Assembly: GCA_028023455.1 (NCBI GenBank)
Contig: JAQFVV010000003.1
Coordinates: 25,110,001-25,174,000, forward strand
DNA from: Epiperipatus broadwayi
Lineage: Eukaryota; Animalia; Onychophora
Direction: 5' to 3'
Length of the DNA: 64,000 nt
The notes under the pieces are model-generated. The model was not told the origin of the DNA, ran no database searches, and saw only the letters and a list, made by a program, of their open reading frames with translations. Made by a program: the position numbers and the translations under genes. Numbering within the stretch: position 1 is the first letter of the stretch; every line of letters starts with the position of its first letter. Below are positions 63,901 through 64,000 of this stretch, piece after piece.

Positions 63901-64000
63901 AATGGCTGACTTTAGTAAGAATATATGGATCTCAACTTGTCATTAGATTTCTTTTTTTTTTTTAATTTCCTGAAAACTGTTAATCTAAATCAAGATTTAC

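Noticed and set aside
1-64000. CRISPR arrays, rRNA, prokaryotic operons and telomeric arrays
   Set aside because: None seen. The repeats are long inverted or tandem units without spacer periodicity, and the window is eukaryotic in character.

Overview
Very AT-rich, intron/intergenic-like animal DNA, probably from an invertebrate, with strong CpG depletion and no protein-coding gene I can name. Most recognisable content is mobile-element debris: an L1/Tx1-type LINE with a 5' twin-priming inversion and 15-bp TSD (10459-13802), a near full-length decayed RTE LINE (about 28690-31580), other LINE fragments, hAT-Buster, pogo/Tigger and Tc1/mariner deletion derivatives, MITE-like foldbacks, a solo LTR (46222-47596), and a small tRNA-Gly-derived SINE family sharing a TGACATATG(A)n tail. 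The most interesting signal is two unrelated families of non-coding 400-455 bp repeats. Each carries a minimal type I hammerhead ribozyme motif and is arranged as a partial tandem plus an inverted copy (family A: 1864-2501, 15672-15898, 54679-55366; family B: 52188-53241). This is the architecture of Penelope-like-element pseudo-LTRs and metazoan retrozymes. A third hammerhead motif ends a decayed Penelope-like relic at about 21.1 kb. CpG-retaining islands (about 17.3-18.5, 32.6-35.3 and 56.3-57.9 kb) coincide with consensus splice sites, and one yields a tentative 116-aa orphan gene model. All calls were made by eye; no database searches were run.
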